DNA of 36,835 nucleotides from Promethearchaeia archaeon (GTDB lineage Archaea; Asgardarchaeota; Lokiarchaeia; Sigyniarchaeales; SOKP01). The DNA lies in NCBI GenBank assembly GCA_029856125.1, contig JAHQWJ010000061.1:1-36835 (forward strand). Direction: 5' to 3'. A program made the position numbers and the translations under genes. The notes under the pieces were generated by a model. It saw nothing but the letters and a program-made list of their open reading frames with translations, made no database searches and had not been told where the DNA came from. Shown in pieces: positions 9,593-18,388 of this stretch (its first letter is position 1; each line of letters starts with the position of its first letter).

Positions 9593-10021
9593 ATGGCGTC
9601 CGTAGATCCAATAGATATTAAGATTTTAGAAGAATTAAAGAAAGACGGTAGAAAGTCATTCAAAGAAATAAGTGATATTATCGAAAAAACCGAAGCAACC
9701 GTCAGAAGAAGAGTATCCAAAATGCAAGATGATGGGACTATCACGCGTTTTACCGTAGTATATGAGCTTGATACAAAACCGAAAACATCCGCAACTATAA
9801 AAATTGAGCCAGATTTCAAAGAGATTAAACGGATTCTTGTTGAATTAAAGAAAATCGAAGAAATAACCTCCATTTGGAGACTATCTGGAGATTGTGGATT
9901 ATTTATGAAAGTCGATATTCCTTCAATTGAACAATTTAATCCCCTCATAGAAGACAAGATTTCACAAATTGCAGGAATAAAAATAGTAGAAACCTGCTTT
10001 ATAACTGATATCATAAAATAG
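9593..10021 (+). CDS. Lrp/AsnC family transcriptional regulator
   Basis: DPIDIKILEELKKDGRKSFKEIS...EATVRRRVSKM HTH plus RAM-like C-domain (LSGDCGL); ATG 9593 preferred over the ORF-track GTG 9575. Confidence 0.93.
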   Translation: MASVDPIDIKILEELKKDGRKSFKEISDIIEKTEATVRRRVSKMQDDGTITRFTVVYELDTKPKTSATIKIEPDFKEIKRILVELKKIEEITSIWRLSGDCGLFMKVDIPSIEQFNPLIEDKISQIAGIKIVETCFITDIIK

Positions 10022-10024
10022 AAA

Positions 10025-10033
10025 TTTTTTTTT
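10025..10033 (+). terminator. Oligo-T archaeal intrinsic terminator candidate
   Basis: T9 run 4 nt after the Lrp stop codon. Confidence 0.4.
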
Positions 10034-10165
10034 GTTTCATACTCTTATTAAATGAAGAAATAATATCAAAAATTAATAATTTCTCGCACACAGCTTTTTT
10101 TAATTATTTTGGGACAATATACCAGTCATAAGTAATTCCTATTTTCCATTAATAATAATTAAAAG

Positions 10166-10351
10166 ATGCTACAAATAATGATTAGTGAATCAAATTTTAA
10201 CCTTGAGGGGAACATTTTATCGTGCCCTTTTTCTCACAAATGTATCCTTCCTAAGATTGAAAACTTATGTGTTTTTCCCGAATATAAAATTTGTCCGGAT
10301 TACGATTCGAAATTAAAAAGATTGAAAGCCTCTACAAAAATATTACATTAA
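10166..10351 (+). CDS. Small hypothetical 4-Cys protein
   Basis: CPFSHKC-x8-C-x7-CPDY pattern; no competing gene in the gap. Confidence 0.55.
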   Translation: MLQIMISESNFNLEGNILSCPFSHKCILPKIENLCVFPEYKICPDYDSKLKRLKASTKILH

Positions 10352-10422
10352 ATGGTTTTTTAATCCCATTTTTAGGATTCCATTTAATTTTCTTTTTCAA
10401 TTCGATAATCTACAAGTATATT

Positions 10423-11610
10423 TTAGACGTATTCAATTGTTGCTGGTGGTTTCGGCGTAATATCAAAATAGATATCTTTCGTGTCTGGGAATTCTAACAA
10501 TTTATATTTTAATTCTTCAATTAAACCTATCGGTAAATTTGTAACACTAGCTGTTCTGGCATCTACACTATTGATAGAACGGATAATTACATCATAAACA
10601 CCCTCGTGACTCTCGTGTAATTCGTAGAGGATTCTAGCATAACCTTGTACCTGAGATGAAAAATGAACTAATTTATCAAAATCCCATTCACCTTTAATCG
10701 ATAATGGAACTTCGTAAGTTCTATGACCATTAATGATGCCAGTTACTTTTCTTAATAAAACATCTGTGGTTGTTGCTGCAAACGCTTGAAAAGGCTCTTG
10801 TTCACCCTTTTCATTGATAATCATTGGGGTTCCAAACTTTTCCGAGTAATAATCGTTAATAGTGGATTCTACAATGTCATGCACTTTTTTTTCAAATTTT
10901 AAATTTTCTAATGTTACAGGACCAATAATCCTCGCTGAAAGCGCAGGTCCCGGGAATGCTTTCCTAAATACTAACTCTTTAGGCATATTGAAATATTCAA
11001 GCGTTTTTCTAACTTCTGGTTTGGTAAGACTAGCAACAGGTTGGATTGTAGCTTCTACATCATATTCAATATCTAAATTATGCTGGCTTTTAACAAATCC
11101 TTGCGGATTTTTAGCTTTTAATGAAAGTTCTTCTTCTAATGACATAGTTTCTTTCAGATCTGAGATTTTCACGCCAAAACTCTCCTCTATATCTGGTAAA
11201 ATAGTACCATCAGATAGTAATTGGCAATTCTCTTCTTTAATTATTCTACTAATGGTATCAGAGTAAGCGTTTTTAAATAATTTTCTTTTAACTTCAGCAT
11301 CTTCTTCTCCGAAAATCCTTGGTAGAAAAGTTTCTCTAATATCTATAACTAAAACGTCAGGAAATAGTTTTTTAATTTGCTCTCTTTCTTCTAAACCTCT
11401 GATTATTCGCATAAGTCCGTGATCTATGAAAACCGGAATCGTTTCGATTTCAGCTTCTTTAAGTAGAAGATAAGTTAAGCTAGAATCCACACCACCTGAT
11501 AAAGCACAAAAGACCTTCTTATTACTTGCGTGCCGCTGTAAGAACTGAACTGCCATTTCGACAAACTTTTCGGGCTCACGAAATATCTCTATTAATCGAT
11601 GATTAAGCAT
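10423..11610 (-). CDS. guaA: GMP synthase ATP-pyrophosphatase/synthase subunit (subunit B; no glutaminase domain)
   Basis: PP-loop ALSGGVDSS, IDHGLMR, GTILPDIEES, KSQHN, FPGPALSARI, C-terminal DITPKPPATIEY. Confidence 0.9.
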   Translation of the reverse strand: MLNHRLIEIFREPEKFVEMAVQFLQRHASNKKVFCALSGGVDSSLTYLLLKEAEIETIPVFIDHGLMRIIRGLEEREQIKKLFPDVLVIDIRETFLPRIFGEEDAEVKRKLFKNAYSDTISRIIKEENCQLLSDGTILPDIEESFGVKISDLKETMSLEEELSLKAKNPQGFVKSQHNLDIEYDVEATIQPVASLTKPEVRKTLEYFNMPKELVFRKAFPGPALSARIIGPVTLENLKFEKKVHDIVESTINDYYSEKFGTPMIINEKGEQEPFQAFAATTTDVLLRKVTGIINGHRTYEVPLSIKGEWDFDKLVHFSSQVQGYARILYELHESHEGVYDVIIRSINSVDARTASVTNLPIGLIEELKYKLLEFPDTKDIYFDITPKPPATIEYV

Positions 11611-11716
11611 AAAATAAATTAAGCTTCTTCATAAAAAAAGTGTAATTATTAATTGGTTATGATTCGCCTAATTTTTTATATAAGAATAATTAATTTTGAC
11701 GCTACTTTGTTGATTT

Positions 11717-12169
11717 TTAGTTTTTTTCATGGTATTTTTGATGATATTCCTCTGCTTTATAATACTCAGCAACAGGAACTATTTCAGTAACAATTGACTT
11801 CTTATATTTTCCGGACCTTTCCAACTTTTCTTTTAATTTTATTGCAGACAATCGTTGTTCCTCATTACTGTAAAACACAGCAGATCTATATTGAGTTCCA
11901 ATGTCCCAACCTTGGCGATTAAGCGTAGTAGGATTGTGAATATTCCAAAAGATTTCCAATAACTCCTCATAAGACACAATCAAAGGATCAAAGGTAACTT
12001 TAACCACTTCAGCATGTCCTGTTTTATTAGTACAGACATCTTTATAAGTTGGATTCTTTGTAGCCCCGCCAGTGTATCCGACTTCAGTTTCAATTACTCC
12101 TTCCACCTTTCCAAATTTAGTTTCGACTCCCCAAAAACAACCTGCTCCAAAAATAGCTTCTTCCATCAT
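11717..12169 (-). CDS. msrA: Peptide methionine sulfoxide reductase A
   Basis: GAGCFWGVE, TGHAEVV, RQGWDIGTQYRS, AEEYHQKY; start reassigned to ATG 12169 (or 12166). Confidence 0.96.
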   Translation of the reverse strand: MMEEAIFGAGCFWGVETKFGKVEGVIETEVGYTGGATKNPTYKDVCTNKTGHAEVVKVTFDPLIVSYEELLEIFWNIHNPTTLNRQGWDIGTQYRSAVFYSNEEQRLSAIKLKEKLERSGKYKKSIVTEIVPVAEYYKAEEYHQKYHEKN

Positions 12170-12313
12170 TAATACAATTAAAATAGAATATACTAAAAAA
12201 AATGATGGTGATATCTTATAAAAAAAAAAGGCGAGACGCAAATATTATTAAAAATAAATTAAAGGAAGTCTAATAAAAAAGAAACAAGCATATATTAACA
12301 TTCTATTTTTATT

Positions 12314-13954
12314 TTACTTCTTTTGTGCTTCTAGATCTTTCAATTCGCGATGAAGAACTTTACCTACAACTGTTTTCGGAATCTCATTGATAAATTCAAC
12401 AAATCGGGGATACTTATCTCCTGCCATATTTTCTTTTGCCCAGTCGATGATATCTTGTTCGTTGATTTCTTTATCTTTATAATTCTCCTTTATTACAACA
12501 TAGGCTTTGATATTTTCCTTTCCTTCGTCATCAATTATTCCGATAACACCACATTCCTCAATAGCTTCGTGATAATACAAGAGATCTTCGACTTCCGTAG
12601 GATAAACAGAATGTCCCTTATATTTGATTAAATTCTTCAGCCGATCCTTAATGACAAAATAACCATCTTCGTCCATTAGTGCTAAATCACCCGTCCACAA
12701 CCAACCATCCTTGATTGTATTATTAGTTTCTTCCTCACGTTTATAATATCCCTTCATCATCTGTGGACCTCTTGTTACAAGTTCTCCAACTTCTCCAATC
12801 CCAAGCGTATTACCATTGGAATCACATATCTTTACATCTGTATTAGGAAAGGGCATTCCAATCGTTCCCGGTTTTAATTTACCCTCGAAAGGAGTTGCTG
12901 TGACAGCTGGGGACATCTCGGTTAATCCATATGCTTCTCGAAGCTTGGATCCCGTCAGTTCTTCGAATGTTTTTCTCACATCGTCGGGAAGAGGTCCTGC
13001 TGAGCTTAAGCAATATTTAATACTCGACAAGTCGTGATTTTGAATTCCTTCGTAATTATTTAGATTATTATAAATAGCCGCAACTCCGGGAAATACCGTA
13101 ACTTTGGCTGCTTCAATAACTTCAATAACTTCATGTGCCTCCCTAGGGTTGAAAACACACGCTAACTTCCACCCGTTATGGATACACATATTCATCATAA
13201 AACCCATATAAATGTGATAAAATGGTAAAGCTGCAAGTAGGACTTCCTTTCCTAATTCCTTTTCTACAAACCATGATTCTGCTTGAAAAATATTAGCGGC
13301 AATACTTCCGTGAGTTAACATTGCTCCCTTAGGGAATCCCGTTGTTCCACCCGTGTATTGTAATTGAGCTAAGTCTTCTAAACCGATATCGATTTTTGGT
13401 GGGTTTGGAGCAGTTTCTCTTATTAAATCCTCTATCATGGGCTCTCCTCCCATAGAAAATTCTGGAGGTGCCATGGGGTCAGGTGATAAATAAGGCGATA
13501 GATTGCTATAAAACTTGTGCTTTACACCGGTTTCGTCAATAATAGGATCTACTAATCCTGAAAATCCTTCCCATCCAATATAAACTTTTGCGTCACTGTC
13601 GTTTAATTGCCGTTTTATCTCAAGTTTTTTAAATAATGGCGAGATGGGAGTAACAATTCCACCAATCTTTAAAATACCGTAATAATAAGCAATAAACGCT
13701 GGATTATTGGTAAATTGGATTGCTACACAATCTCCTTTCTTAATACCAAGTTCGGTTAATTTTGCTGCTACTCGATAAACAATATCGAGTAACATAGAAT
13801 AAGTCAGTTCGAATCCCATAAAATATGTTACAACATTATTAGGATAGAGCTTAACAGAATCTTCAAGAAAATCCACTAAATTCTTCTTTGGTATATTGAC
13901 TTCTTTTGGAACTCCTTCAGGCCAATATTTATAATAAATTTTTTGATCTGACAT
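12314..13954 (-). CDS. Long-chain fatty acid--CoA ligase (ANL family)
   Basis: QYTGGTTGFPKG, YGLTE, RGPQMMKGY, WLWTGD, DRLKNLI, PKTVVGK. Confidence 0.93.
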   Translation of the reverse strand: MSDQKIYYKYWPEGVPKEVNIPKKNLVDFLEDSVKLYPNNVVTYFMGFELTYSMLLDIVYRVAAKLTELGIKKGDCVAIQFTNNPAFIAYYYGILKIGGIVTPISPLFKKLEIKRQLNDSDAKVYIGWEGFSGLVDPIIDETGVKHKFYSNLSPYLSPDPMAPPEFSMGGEPMIEDLIRETAPNPPKIDIGLEDLAQLQYTGGTTGFPKGAMLTHGSIAANIFQAESWFVEKELGKEVLLAALPFYHIYMGFMMNMCIHNGWKLACVFNPREAHEVIEVIEAAKVTVFPGVAAIYNNLNNYEGIQNHDLSSIKYCLSSAGPLPDDVRKTFEELTGSKLREAYGLTEMSPAVTATPFEGKLKPGTIGMPFPNTDVKICDSNGNTLGIGEVGELVTRGPQMMKGYYKREEETNNTIKDGWLWTGDLALMDEDGYFVIKDRLKNLIKYKGHSVYPTEVEDLLYYHEAIEECGVIGIIDDEGKENIKAYVVIKENYKDKEINEQDIIDWAKENMAGDKYPRFVEFINEIPKTVVGKVLHRELKDLEAQKK

Positions 13955-14159
13955 AATTTTAGTTTTATCCTATATGGTATTTATTATTTTTCTTCTATAA
14001 ACATGTCTTAAATTAAAGGATTATTTATCTTACCATTAGAAGATTCTTTTATTAAGAAGTTATCTTTATAAATAAATATAAAAGAAAGTTTTATTTTTAG
14101 ATAAGAAATCAAATATAATATATAATTGGTTAAAATTATATTAAAAAAAGATTAGTATT

Positions 14160-14699
14160 ATGACAGATCGTGAAGGTACGTTTAAGTTATGTATATTTGG
14201 TGACGGAGGAGTAGGTAAAACCACTCTCGTTAATCGCTATCTGACAAAAGTATTTGACGAAAGTATTAAAATGACAATTGGTGCAGATTTCTATGTAAAA
14301 GATTTAGAAATTGAGGGCAAGAAAGTTGTCATTCGTATATGGGATTTTGGGGGAGAACAACGCTTTAAAGTCCTATTACCGAGTTTTGCAAAAGGTGCTG
14401 ATGGTGGAATATTTATGTACGATATTACTCGATATACTAGCGTAAAAAATATAGATGATTGGCTCTCAATTTTTGAGAAAAGCGCTCAGGATAAGCAGAT
14501 TAATATACCAATTGTTATGGTTGGTGGCAAATTAGATCTTCAAGAAAAACGATCTGTGGCGACTGAAGACGCTGTGGAATTATCTGAAAAGCACAATTTA
14601 CAAGGTTATCATGAATGTTCTTCTAAAACTGGTGAGAATGTCGAAGAAATATTCATATCGATCACTAAAAAAATAATGGAAAGCATAAAGCTAATCTAA
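14160..14699 (+). CDS. Rab/Ras-like small GTPase
   Basis: G1 GDGGVGKT, G2 TIGADF, G3 IWDFGGE, G4 GGKLD, G5 CSSK; RabF-like segments; no C-terminal Cys. Confidence 0.93.
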   Translation: MTDREGTFKLCIFGDGGVGKTTLVNRYLTKVFDESIKMTIGADFYVKDLEIEGKKVVIRIWDFGGEQRFKVLLPSFAKGADGGIFMYDITRYTSVKNIDDWLSIFEKSAQDKQINIPIVMVGGKLDLQEKRSVATEDAVELSEKHNLQGYHECSSKTGENVEEIFISITKKIMESIKLI

Positions 14700-14733
14700 A
14701 TTCATCAATTTCCTAATAAAATAAAAGTATTCA

Positions 14734-15270
14734 CTAACTGGATGTCCTTTTAATAACTTTAACCAATCCTTTCTTTCTTAATTTATCAAGCATCTTTTCG
14801 ACTTTATCGATCGGTTTTTGGGCAATCTCAGCGCATTGCTTTACTGAATTCATTCCATCGCATACCTTCAATAATGTAAACTCATCTAATGATATCATGC
14901 CTAATTGAACACTCATCGGTTGTACTTCCTTAACTACGATAGGTATCCTCACTTCTCCACCCTCCTCAATAGTTCCGCGACCAACATCTTTCATATTAGG
15001 TGAATCCCCAAAAAAAGATCGTACACCTGTTACATCATAGTTATCATTTATATAAATAAAAACAGTATGTTCTTGATTGGAAATATCTTCGTCGTCTTCA
15101 AGATCAGGATGAGGGTTAATGTGCTTATGTTCTTTCGTGTAAATACCCATTTTTAATCCCGCTTTAATTTCGTCTTTATCTACTCTTATATTAACCATTT
15201 CGGTGCATATTTCGCACCAAGCCCAAGCTTCTATAAGACTAAAATATTTCTTCACTTTATTGTCCGGCAT
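14734..15270 (-). CDS. Hypothetical protein: N-terminal CxxC/His metal-binding-like domain + C-terminal winged helix
   Basis: WCEIC...HKH...EHTVFIYIND; C-terminal LLKVCDGMNSVKQCAEIAQKPIDKVEKMLDKLRKKGLV. Confidence 0.8.
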   Translation of the reverse strand: MPDNKVKKYFSLIEAWAWCEICTEMVNIRVDKDEIKAGLKMGIYTKEHKHINPHPDLEDDEDISNQEHTVFIYINDNYDVTGVRSFFGDSPNMKDVGRGTIEEGGEVRIPIVVKEVQPMSVQLGMISLDEFTLLKVCDGMNSVKQCAEIAQKPIDKVEKMLDKLRKKGLVKVIKRTSS

Positions 15271-15467
15271 TGCAATTTTCCAAAAAAACCAAATTTCGTA
15301 TAAAATAAAATAAGCTTTATAATAATTATGTTGTGAATTTATATAAATATTGATTAAGAATACAACCTCGAAATAGTAGATAAAACAATTCTTTAAAATC
15401 GAAAATAATTAAAGTTATTGGATATTTTAATATCCATTAAAGATAACTATAACCAATTGTAATAACG

Positions 15468-15644
15468 ATGTCTGCTTATAAAAAAAATATGTGTTTCTCT
15501 TGTGGACGGCCTATTGCCCCTTTCGAAGGTGCAGTTAACTTTCCATGCCCCCAATGTGGAGATGTTACTATATGGAGATGTGAAAGGTGTAGAACTATGG
15601 GAAACCAATATACTTGCCTCAAATGTGCGTTTGAGGGTCCATGA
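15468..15644 (+). CDS. Archaeal small double Zn-ribbon protein (COG2888/DUF1610, HVO_2753-like), 58 aa
   Basis: Missed by the ORF track. MSAYKKNMCFSCGRPIAPFEGAVNFPCPQCGDVTIWRCERCRTMGNQYTCLKCAFEGP*; four CxxC, FEGP C-terminus, typical position upstream of EF-1beta. Confidence 0.93.
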   Translation: MSAYKKNMCFSCGRPIAPFEGAVNFPCPQCGDVTIWRCERCRTMGNQYTCLKCAFEGP

Positions 15645-15944
15645 TTGATGTTCGACTATTGAACATGAATATCCGTAAAATCTAACAATTTTAAAGGTTC
15701 TAGTCCTTTTAAATTTTGTTTTAAATTTAAAAATCCAACCACATTACAACATTAGTAATAATTATAGGAGAGGATGATGTATTTATAAAGGGCCATCTTG
15801 GATTTTTGCTAGAAGAGATAGAGAAGTTCAAGATTCAACGTTAGAGAAGAAGATTTGAAAAACACAAATTTTTTCAATATTGCTTAATTTTGTAAATTAA
15901 TTTGATATAAGCCTATAAATAATAAAGCAAAAGGTCTGAGTAAA

Positions 15945-16211
15945 ATGGGAGAATTTGTAGCATTAATAGATGTCATTCCAGAAGACATAGATTTGGATTT
16001 TGAGGAATTTGTTTCAAAGCTAAAAAATGTTCTACCTGAAGCTGCTGTTATAGAAAGTTATGATGTACAACCAGTAGCATTTGGTTTAAAAAAAGCTAGA
16101 GTTCGCGTTAGATACCCCGAAGAATGGGGTGGTACAGACAAACTCGAAGGACTTTTTAAACAAGTAGAAGGTATACAAGGAATTGAAGGAATAGCCTTCA
16201 GTAAGGCATGA
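15945..16211 (+). CDS. ef1b: Archaeal translation elongation factor 1-beta
   Basis: DVIPED, QPVAFGLK, GGTDKLE motifs; 88 aa; downstream of the Zn-ribbon gene. Confidence 0.92.
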   Translation: MGEFVALIDVIPEDIDLDFEEFVSKLKNVLPEAAVIESYDVQPVAFGLKKARVRVRYPEEWGGTDKLEGLFKQVEGIQGIEGIAFSKA

Positions 16212-16219
16212 TTTTTTTT
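16212..16219 (+). terminator. Oligo-T terminator candidate
   Basis: T8 run immediately after the EF-1beta stop. Confidence 0.4.
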
Positions 16220-16294
16220 GGTTTTACTTACCTTTATTCTGTATATGTTTATTTTTATATTCAATAAAAAAATCTAAAACTTTTACTATATATT

Positions 16295-18205
16295 TTAAAC
16301 TCTTCTCTTAAAAAGCTTATCCAATTCTTTAAATGAGAAAAATTTGAGCGTAGGTCTTCCATGTGCACAATGGAACGAATCCTTACAATTTCCTAAATCT
16401 ACAATTAGCTTTCTAATACTTTTTAAACTCAAATCATCACCCCCCCGAATACTTTTGTGACAAGCCAAATAATTAATAATTTCGTCTAATTTTTCTGTAA
16501 AACTAGCTTCTTTGCCAATTTCAGTTAAATCGCTTATAATTTCAGTAATTATCTTGATGTTAAGTATTTTTCCCATAATTGTAGGAATGGCTCTCAAAAC
16601 AAATGTATTCCCTCCAAAATGTTCAAAATCAAATCCTATCCTAGAAATTTCTTTTAAATTAGCTTCTAAGAAGAATTTTTCACTTGGGCTCACTTCAACT
16701 TTAAGAGGATTAATCAAATTTTGCTTTTCTTTTTTTAAGTTCTGAAAATAATTAAAAAAATATTCTTTGTTTACGCGCTCAGATGCTGCGTGTTGATCTA
16801 GTATGTAAAAACCTTCTTCTCCATTTTCATTTATTCCCTCTAACAATATATAAGTTTTATTACTCAATTGACCAGTTTGGGAAATCAAGCGTAGTTTAGG
16901 AAAGTTTTTTATTAAGACATAATCTCCTCTCAAAAACGACTCCGCTGAAGACTTATCTATTCTTTCGCTAATATTATCCTTATCGCTCAAATTTAGTTGA
17001 ATAGTTTTCTCTAGAGGTACTTCTTCTAATGACAACGACTTCAATTGTTCAATCTCTCCTTTACTTACTTCTTTATAATTAATAACTTTAGGATGCTTGC
17101 CTTTCGCAACTATATTACTCCCGGAATCTTTGTAGAACGATGTATCGTTGAGTTCTTTTTCATTTTGAGAAAATTCACCTAAGTCTGAATATGTGTGAGT
17201 AATTTCTTTTTCTATAAATTTCTCTTCAACAAACATGCGAACAATGTTGTAAACTTTGTTGTAGACGTACTCCTCGTTTTCAAACCTTATATGCAATTTT
17301 TTAGGATGCACGTTAAAATCTATTACGGAAGGATCTATTTCTAAATGCAAAATAAAGAAGGGAAATTTTCCGATCATTAATGTGCCTTTATATGCTTCTT
17401 GCACAGCTCTAAATAAAAGGTCGCTGATTACATACCTTTTATTTAAAAATAAACTCGAGTGCGTTCTATTGTTTTTAGAGACGTCGCTATGCCCAAGTAA
17501 CCCGTGCAGTTTTATTTTGTTTTCTTTATAATTGACTAGCTCCATTAAATTTGCGACCTTTTTTCCATAAATATGGAAAACAGTGGTTCTTAAATCGTTC
17601 GAACCAGGGCAATTTAATATATTTTGTTCATTGTGATTATAAATAAAATGAATTTGAGGATAAGCTAAGGAATAACGCTGTATAATATCAGTTATATGAC
17701 CAAGCTCTGTAGGATCTTTCTTAAGAAACTTCTTTCTTGCTGGAATATTATAGAATATGTTTTTTACTTTAATATTGGTTCCGATAGGGCAGAAATTTTC
17801 TATTTTTTCTATACACTTCCCAGCCTTTAGAATTATGTTGACTCCTCTTTCATTTTCCTTAACCCTGGAAGTAATTTCAACTTGACTCACTGCTGCAATG
17901 CTAGCTAATGCTTCTCCTCTAAAGCCTAGGGTGTCCAGTTTCTCTAAATCCTCGATCTTTACTATTTTGCTGCTGGTATGTCGCTCAAACGCTATTAGAA
18001 TTTCATCTGGGGGCATTCCGTATCCGTCGTCGATAATCTGAATTAAATTTTTCCCAGCTTTCTTAACAACAATCCGTATTTCTTTAGCTCCAGCGTCAAT
18101 ACTATTTTCAATCAATTCTTTCACTATATTTGCTGGTCTATCCACTACTTCTCCAGCTGCTATCTTTTCAGAATCGATAATTTTCTTTATTTCGCGTCTA
18201 CTCAA
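16295..18205 (-). CDS. mutL: DNA mismatch repair endonuclease MutL
   Basis: KIAAGEVVDRP, KELIENSIDAGA, LGFRGEALASI, DFNVHPKK, DQHAASER, ACH, CAHGRP; TTG 18205 preferred start (ORF track gives 18244). Confidence 0.97.
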   Translation of the reverse strand: MSRREIKKIIDSEKIAAGEVVDRPANIVKELIENSIDAGAKEIRIVVKKAGKNLIQIIDDGYGMPPDEILIAFERHTSSKIVKIEDLEKLDTLGFRGEALASIAAVSQVEITSRVKENERGVNIILKAGKCIEKIENFCPIGTNIKVKNIFYNIPARKKFLKKDPTELGHITDIIQRYSLAYPQIHFIYNHNEQNILNCPGSNDLRTTVFHIYGKKVANLMELVNYKENKIKLHGLLGHSDVSKNNRTHSSLFLNKRYVISDLLFRAVQEAYKGTLMIGKFPFFILHLEIDPSVIDFNVHPKKLHIRFENEEYVYNKVYNIVRMFVEEKFIEKEITHTYSDLGEFSQNEKELNDTSFYKDSGSNIVAKGKHPKVINYKEVSKGEIEQLKSLSLEEVPLEKTIQLNLSDKDNISERIDKSSAESFLRGDYVLIKNFPKLRLISQTGQLSNKTYILLEGINENGEEGFYILDQHAASERVNKEYFFNYFQNLKKEKQNLINPLKVEVSPSEKFFLEANLKEISRIGFDFEHFGGNTFVLRAIPTIMGKILNIKIITEIISDLTEIGKEASFTEKLDEIINYLACHKSIRGGDDLSLKSIRKLIVDLGNCKDSFHCAHGRPTLKFFSFKELDKLFKRRV

Positions 18206-18388
18206 ATTTTTCCTCTTCAATTTTTTTAGAGTATATATAATCATGTAATTATAGAATTTAAAATAAAACTCTATTAAGATTTAAATAATTGCGATAAATT
18301 GACATATAAGAGACAGCAACAAAATTTTTTTAAATTTCTATTAATACTTACAATTAAGATTATACGATATAAAATTTTAAATGGAATC

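Noticed and set aside
12170-12241. N-terminal hydrophobic 'signal peptide' on MsrA in the ORF track
   Set aside because: It derives from an upstream TTG through AT-rich promoter-like sequence; homology begins at the ATG at 12169/12166.
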